Origin: an uncultured Chthonomonadaceae bacterium | GTDB lineage: Bacteria > Armatimonadota > Chthonomonadetes > Chthonomonadales > Chthonomonadaceae | Direction: 5' to 3' | NCBI GenBank assembly: GCA_963835065.1 | Contig: CAWIEK010000049.1 | Span: 224,001 to 288,000 of the forward strand | Length of the DNA stretch: 64,000 bases | Shown: in pieces, positions 59,582-64,000 of the stretch | How positions within the stretch are numbered: position 1 is the stretch's first letter | Layout: each line of letters opens with the position of its first letter | Made by a program: the position numbers and the translations under genes | Notes under the pieces: generated by a model | The model's database searches: none | What the model was told of the DNA's origin: nothing | The model's input: only the letters and a program-made list of their open reading frames with translations

Positions 59582-59702
59582 GTTTCAGGTTTCAGGTGTT
59601 AGGTGTCAGGAAAAAGCGCTACCTTGCCTATTACTTGAACAGTAGACTACCCAAGGCAAGTAGATACTCCCCTGACACCTAACACCTGAAACCTGAAACC
59701 TA
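59579..59702. repeat. Inverted heptamer-repeat element, 32-bp perfect arms
   Basis: TAGGTTTCAGGTTTCAGGTGTTAGGTGTCAGG and its exact reverse complement at 59671-59702. Confidence 0.85.
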
Positions 59703-59704
59703 CT

Positions 59705-60553
59705 ATGGACGACCTCACCCGTGCCCTTGCTTTCGGCCTGCTGACCTTGCTGACGATACATGGCAGCATCGAAGACCGCGCCAGACGGAGGGCGGAACTA
59801 CAGGTCAGCGAAAGTTTTCAGCATACCGGAAGGGTGCGCGCGGAAATTCAGGGGCGCGGATGGTTCGGCGTGGAAGCCAATGATTTCTGGTCGGTTGACA
59901 TTTACGGCATGGAATTGAAATCCGACAGGCTGCCGTTTTATGTATACCCGCGTCCGGGCTGGAAGGGGAGTATCCGCCATTTGCGGCTGCATTTGAAGCG
60001 GTTTACGCTCAAGGGACTGCCGATACGCGCTTTCGATGCCGATATACCTTTTGCGACTTATGACATTGGACACGCGCTGTATAAAGGCCGGCTTGTCCTG
60101 CGGGGAACCGGGGCAGGGCCGTCAACCGTTGAAGTGGATGGGGCAGGGCTGCGCGCGTTCATCAACAAAAAATTCAAGGATACCCTTTCGGATGTCAACG
60201 TAAGTTTCCCCGGACGACGTATTCTGATCGAAGGCAAGATACGCCTGTTTTCGGACTACGCGCCTTTCTCCGCAACGGGAACGCTCGTTCCCCGCGCCGG
60301 GCGCTTTCTTGACCTGGCCGAGCCTGAAATGCGCTTGAATGGCCTTCTAATGACTGCTTCGGGCACGCAGAACCTTTTACGGCAAATCAATCCTGTTCTG
60401 GATGCGGATGCGGATTTAGGGTTGGGCGGTTATTTCGAGATGGAGCGCGTGGAAGTCAAGGACGATGAAATCGTGATCACCGGGCGGGCTTCTATACCCG
60501 TTGCGCCCTCTCCCGTTTCTACTCCCATTTCTACAGGAAAGACAGGAAATTAG
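59705..60553 (+). CDS. DUF2993/LmeA-like phospholipid-binding protein (tentative)
   Basis: N-terminal hydrophobic anchor; beta-rich; INPVLD motif near the C-terminus. Confidence 0.5.
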   Translation: MDDLTRALAFGLLTLLTIHGSIEDRARRRAELQVSESFQHTGRVRAEIQGRGWFGVEANDFWSVDIYGMELKSDRLPFYVYPRPGWKGSIRHLRLHLKRFTLKGLPIRAFDADIPFATYDIGHALYKGRLVLRGTGAGPSTVEVDGAGLRAFINKKFKDTLSDVNVSFPGRRILIEGKIRLFSDYAPFSATGTLVPRAGRFLDLAEPEMRLNGLLMTASGTQNLLRQINPVLDADADLGLGGYFEMERVEVKDDEIVITGRASIPVAPSPVSTPISTGKTGN

Positions 60554-60569
60554 GTTAGGAAATCCGTTT

Positions 60570-61727
60570 ATGACAGATACAGATAGGACCGAATTGAAAC
60601 ATACGCCTCTTTATGACGCCCATGTTGCGCTTAAAGGCAGAATGGTGGAGTATGCGGGGTGGGCGATGCCCGTTCTGTATACGGGAATACTGGAAGAGGC
60701 GCGGGCGGTTCGCAGCGTTGCCGGGATATTCGACATCAGCCACATGGGGCGCGTCCACGTGTTTGGGGAGGAAGCGACGACCTTTTTGCAGAAATTGACC
60801 AGCAATGATGTGGGCGCGTTAAAACCCTCGTCTGCGCAGTATTCGCTGCTGATGAACGCGACGGGCGGCATCATAGACGATATTATCATTTATAGGGAAG
60901 ATCGGGACAGCTATCTGGTTGTCATCAATGCGGGAAACGCCGAGAAAGACCTGCAATGGATGCGCAAGCATGTGCCAGATGGGGTTACTATTCAAGATCA
61001 AAGCGAGCAGACGGCGATGATTGCCGTACAGGGACCGCAAACTCCTGAAATGGTAGCGCGGCTTGCCGGCAATCCCGCGTTGCTGGAACGCAAGCGCTTT
61101 CAGTACGCGACGGGGCTGCTATCCGGTATTCCTGCTACGTTTTGCCGTACCGGCTATACGGGCGAAGATGGCTTTGAGTTGATCGTGCCCGCCAAGCAGG
61201 GACAGGACGCCTGGAACGCGCTGATGGCTGCCGGAGCGGTGCCCTGCGGGTTGGGGGCACGCGACGCCCTGCGCATCGAAGCCGGGTATCCGCTGTATGG
61301 GCATGAAATTGATGAAACTACATCACCGGTTGAGGCTGGCTTGATGTGGGTCGTGAAATTGGATAAGGGAGATTTCTTTGGCAAGGAGCAGATAGCGCGG
61401 CAGAAGCAGGAGGGTCCGAAGCGCCGACTGATGGGACTGACTTCTCATGAGCGCATCATCCCGCGACAGGGCTTCCCCCTTTACGCGGCGCAGGAAACAG
61501 GCGGGGCAGGGGAGGGAGCGGAAAAATCCTCCATCGGCGTCATTACAAGCGGCGTTTTTTCTCCTACGCGCAACCACAGCGTGGCAATGGCGTATATTGA
61601 TGTAGAGCATGCCAAACCCGGCACTCGTGTTGAGGTCGCTATACGCGACAAGTTTGCGGGCATGACGGTCGTGCAGAAAAAATCTCTGCTGGAGGCGCAT
61701 GAAACTCCCGAAGAACATTCGCTATAA
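60570..61727 (+). CDS. gcvT: Glycine cleavage system aminomethyltransferase T
   Basis: TPLY..H, AGW.MPV.Y, FDISHMG, GGIIDD, RTGYTGEDGFE, GLGARD.LR.EAG.PLYG.E. Confidence 0.97.
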   Translation: MTDTDRTELKHTPLYDAHVALKGRMVEYAGWAMPVLYTGILEEARAVRSVAGIFDISHMGRVHVFGEEATTFLQKLTSNDVGALKPSSAQYSLLMNATGGIIDDIIIYREDRDSYLVVINAGNAEKDLQWMRKHVPDGVTIQDQSEQTAMIAVQGPQTPEMVARLAGNPALLERKRFQYATGLLSGIPATFCRTGYTGEDGFELIVPAKQGQDAWNALMAAGAVPCGLGARDALRIEAGYPLYGHEIDETTSPVEAGLMWVVKLDKGDFFGKEQIARQKQEGPKRRLMGLTSHERIIPRQGFPLYAAQETGGAGEGAEKSSIGVITSGVFSPTRNHSVAMAYIDVEHAKPGTRVEVAIRDKFAGMTVVQKKSLLEAHETPEEHSL

Positions 61728-61779
61728 TGCGCTATAGACTGAGAAGATACTGAGAAGAGTGAGTGAGGATAGAACAGAA

Positions 61780-62172
61780 ATGGCTACCGTTCCCGGCGAT
61801 TTGAAGTACAGCAGTACGCATGAGTGGGTACGCATTGACGGCGATGTGGCAACCGTTGGCATCACCGATCACGCGCAGGCAGAACTCGGAGATATCGTTT
61901 ATCTGGACTTAACGGAAGTCGGGCGCATGTTAAAGCCGGAAGAGCAATTCGGGGAGATCGAGTCGGTAAAAGCCGTCTCGGAACTTTTTTCTCCCATCTC
62001 CGGCGAAGTGATTGAAACCAACACAGCCATTGCCGACAAAACCGATGTCATCAACACTGATCCCTTCGGGCAGGGCTGGCTGATGAAAGTGCGCTTGAGC
62101 AACTCGGAACAATTGGCTGCCCTGATGACGGCGGCAGATTACGAGAAGTTCGCTGAAGAAAACGGCCACTAA
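61780..62172 (+). CDS. gcvH: Glycine cleavage system H protein
   Basis: HEWV, GITDHAQ.ELGDIV, ESVKAVSE lipoyl-lysine motif, N.DP.G.GW. Confidence 0.97.
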   Translation: MATVPGDLKYSSTHEWVRIDGDVATVGITDHAQAELGDIVYLDLTEVGRMLKPEEQFGEIESVKAVSELFSPISGEVIETNTAIADKTDVINTDPFGQGWLMKVRLSNSEQLAALMTAADYEKFAEENGH

Positions 62173-62184
62173 ACGCTTTGCGCA

Positions 62185-62213
62185 TTGACACTCTGCGGCA
62201 GTTGTGATATACT
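62185..62213 (+). promoter_or_regulatory. Sigma-70 promoter with extended -10
   Basis: TTGACA-N17-TATACT with TG at -15/-14. Confidence 0.8.
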
Positions 62214-62309
62214 GCGTTCAGACACTGCGTTTACAAGACGTATCAAACCATCAATCCGGCGGCTGGTTCCTCATTCGATTAACCGGCCCTTTCAAAAGGA
62301 ACAATACCG

Positions 62310-62738
62310 ATGCCTAAAAAGATTTTAGCGGTGGATGATGAGCGGCACATCGTGCGCCTGGTTCAAGTGAACCTGGAACGCGCCGGCTATCAGGTAGTGA
62401 CAGCCTTTGACGGGCGCGAGGCGCTGGAAAAGGTGGAGTCTGAGAACCCGGATTTGGTTGTCCTGGACGTCATGATGCCGTACATGGATGGTTTCGAGGT
62501 GCTGCAAACGCTGCGCAAGAACCAGAGTACCCGCGATCTTCCCGTGATCATGCTTACCGCAAAGGCCCAGGATGCGGACGTTTTTCGCGGTTGGCAATCG
62601 GGCGTAGATTGCTATCTGACAAAGCCGTTCAACCCGATGGAACTGATTTCTTTTGTCAAGCGCATCTTCACTTCCATGCAGGAAAGCGATGGCGGCAACT
62701 ATATTGACCTCGGCAGTTCCAAGTCCTCCGGTTACTAA
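62310..62738 (+). CDS. Single-domain response regulator
   Basis: ILAVDDE, LDVMMP.MDG, IMLTAK, YLTKPF; no output domain; AAAGGA SD. Confidence 0.93.
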   Translation: MPKKILAVDDERHIVRLVQVNLERAGYQVVTAFDGREALEKVESENPDLVVLDVMMPYMDGFEVLQTLRKNQSTRDLPVIMLTAKAQDADVFRGWQSGVDCYLTKPFNPMELISFVKRIFTSMQESDGGNYIDLGSSKSSGY

Positions 62739-62786
62739 ACGTACAATTATAAGTTTAGTAAGTATTCTGTTCGGAAAGGCAGCAAC

Positions 62787-63305
62787 GTGGCAGCAGGTAA
62801 GAAGTCCAGCGTGATATTATGGACGGGGTTGGCAGCGGCAGCGACCGGCATTGTGGTTGTGGCCGTGTTTGTCAACCTTAAAGAGCGTTCCAGAGCAGAA
62901 GGCAGCGTATCCAACCGGTTACGCGATGTTCAGGACGTTCTCACCGACTGTTACAAGAAGATCACCGAAATCGAGCAGCATCTTCCCGAACTGGTTCAAT
63001 CCAGCCCGAAAAACAACACGCATCCCTCTCAGCCGTTCCAATTCCTGATCCTGAATCCTGATAGTAACCATCAAACCGCTGAGAAAGAAATAGTCCAAGA
63101 ATTGAGGCCACTATCAACCTCAGTTCTTGGACTATTTCTTTTGCTATTAGCATTGTACGATTCCATGTGCCTACATTCTCGCGCAAATCGGATTGAACAC
63201 GGCATTAGGCAGACGCGATATACTTGCGCTTGTTTTCGTTACGCAGAAATAACGCAAAACAAAGAGACATTGGAGCCAACGGATAGAATATGGATTGATC
63301 AATAG
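62787..63305 (+). CDS. Small membrane-anchored hypothetical protein (real 3' end probably near 63050-63070)
   Basis: N-terminal TM plus coiled coil; the ORF as called runs through a long hairpin into AT-rich DNA. Confidence 0.5.
   Translation: MAAGKKSSVILWTGLAAAATGIVVVAVFVNLKERSRAEGSVSNRLRDVQDVLTDCYKKITEIEQHLPELVQSSPKNNTHPSQPFQFLILNPDSNHQTAEKEIVQELRPLSTSVLGLFLLLLALYDSMCLHSRANRIEHGIRQTRYTCACFRYAEITQNKETLEPTDRIWIDQ
63084..63141. terminator. Long hairpin, probable terminator
   Basis: AAAGAAATAGTCCAAGAATTGAGG / CCTCAGTTCTTGGACTATTTCTTT, 23/24 complementary. Confidence 0.6.
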
Positions 63306-63455
63306 AAGAATTCGGGAAACTAAAACGTCCGATAATACAAGGTATGGAAGAAAACAACTTAAGATTTCCCAACTTCACCTCAATTTTGTCATTGCTACCT
63401 ATAGCCGTTTGGACATTGTATGGGCAGCAACAGTAATTCTTTTCATGCAAGTACA

Positions 63456-63506
63456 AAATTAGAACCTGGGCGCAGCATACAATATGCTGCGCCCAGGTTC
63501 TAATTT
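63456..63506. repeat. Perfect 24-bp inverted repeat with 3-nt loop
   Basis: AAATTAGAACCTGGGCGCAGCATA-CAA-TATGCTGCGCCCAGGTTCTAATTT. Confidence 0.8.
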
Positions 63507-64000
63507 CCGTTTTCCGTCTGAAAATCCTACAGATTATCAGGGCTGTTTCTTTGTGTTCCGCGCCAGAAACTCATGCAGGGAATAAATGTGAGTTTGGCTC
63601 GAAACCATATCAGCATCCTTATCGAATTGGCCGTCTAAGTAAACGGTGCCTTCGCTTATGTTTAGCGCGTGAAGCCTCGGATGTCCCATTTTCCACTTTA
63701 GCAGCCTGGAGTCAGCAATGAATTTTCAAGTTTTGTTCTTCTATGCGTTTGTCGTTTGGCTTATCTGGGAGCCAGACACGGAAACGAAATTCACCCTCTA
63801 AGTTGGTCAGAGCTGCCAGGCGCGGATGGTGAAGCGTTGAGCCGAAGAAAACAGGCACGAACTCCTGTGCGCCTCCTGAATTGTTGCCGATAACCTTCCC
63901 GGCGAGAACGACAGACGGTGTGCTACTTTGATATCTGCGTAATGGAGAAATTGCAGATCACATTTCTAAAAACCGGTTCTTCTAACCTCGCAACCTCAAC

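Noticed and set aside
63205..63456. 83-aa minus-strand ORF
   Set aside because: No SD or known motif; it overlaps the dif-like arm and lies between palindromes, so it is probably spurious.

Overview
A 64 kb, GC-rich (about 58-60%) chromosomal segment from a diderm bacterium (kdsB is present). Gene content suggests Armatimonadota, but that is inference only. Most of it is housekeeping or metabolic: ftsY, ATP-dependent ligase, kdsB, queA, moaA, proS, pilT, fabI, a liv ABC operon, gcvT/gcvH, tRNA-Pro(TGG) and tRNA-Ala(GGC). Many genes, including the essential proS, carry single-base frameshifts, which points to assembly indel errors. The least explained material is non-coding or accessory. (1) A 114-nt element occurs twice, 23 kb apart (91% identical). 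Each copy overlaps the end of an 8-codon micro-ORF with a strong SD that ends R-x-P-UGA, and neither has a downstream gene on that strand. (2) Two elements share the layout GC hairpin + perfect 40-bp palindrome + a XerC/dif-like arm (ACGTCCGATAA), and a third arm lies near the window end. (3) A bacterial NACHT-LRR (NLR-like) gene has an AT-rich LRR block. (4) A deletion-truncated Rpn gene retains its internal small-antitoxin start. (5) A LivM-LivG fusion has two TM-like helices inserted inside the ATPase domain. (6) Heptamer-repeat elements sit both between genes and in-frame inside proteins. No CRISPR array, rRNA or intact transposase/integrase was seen.
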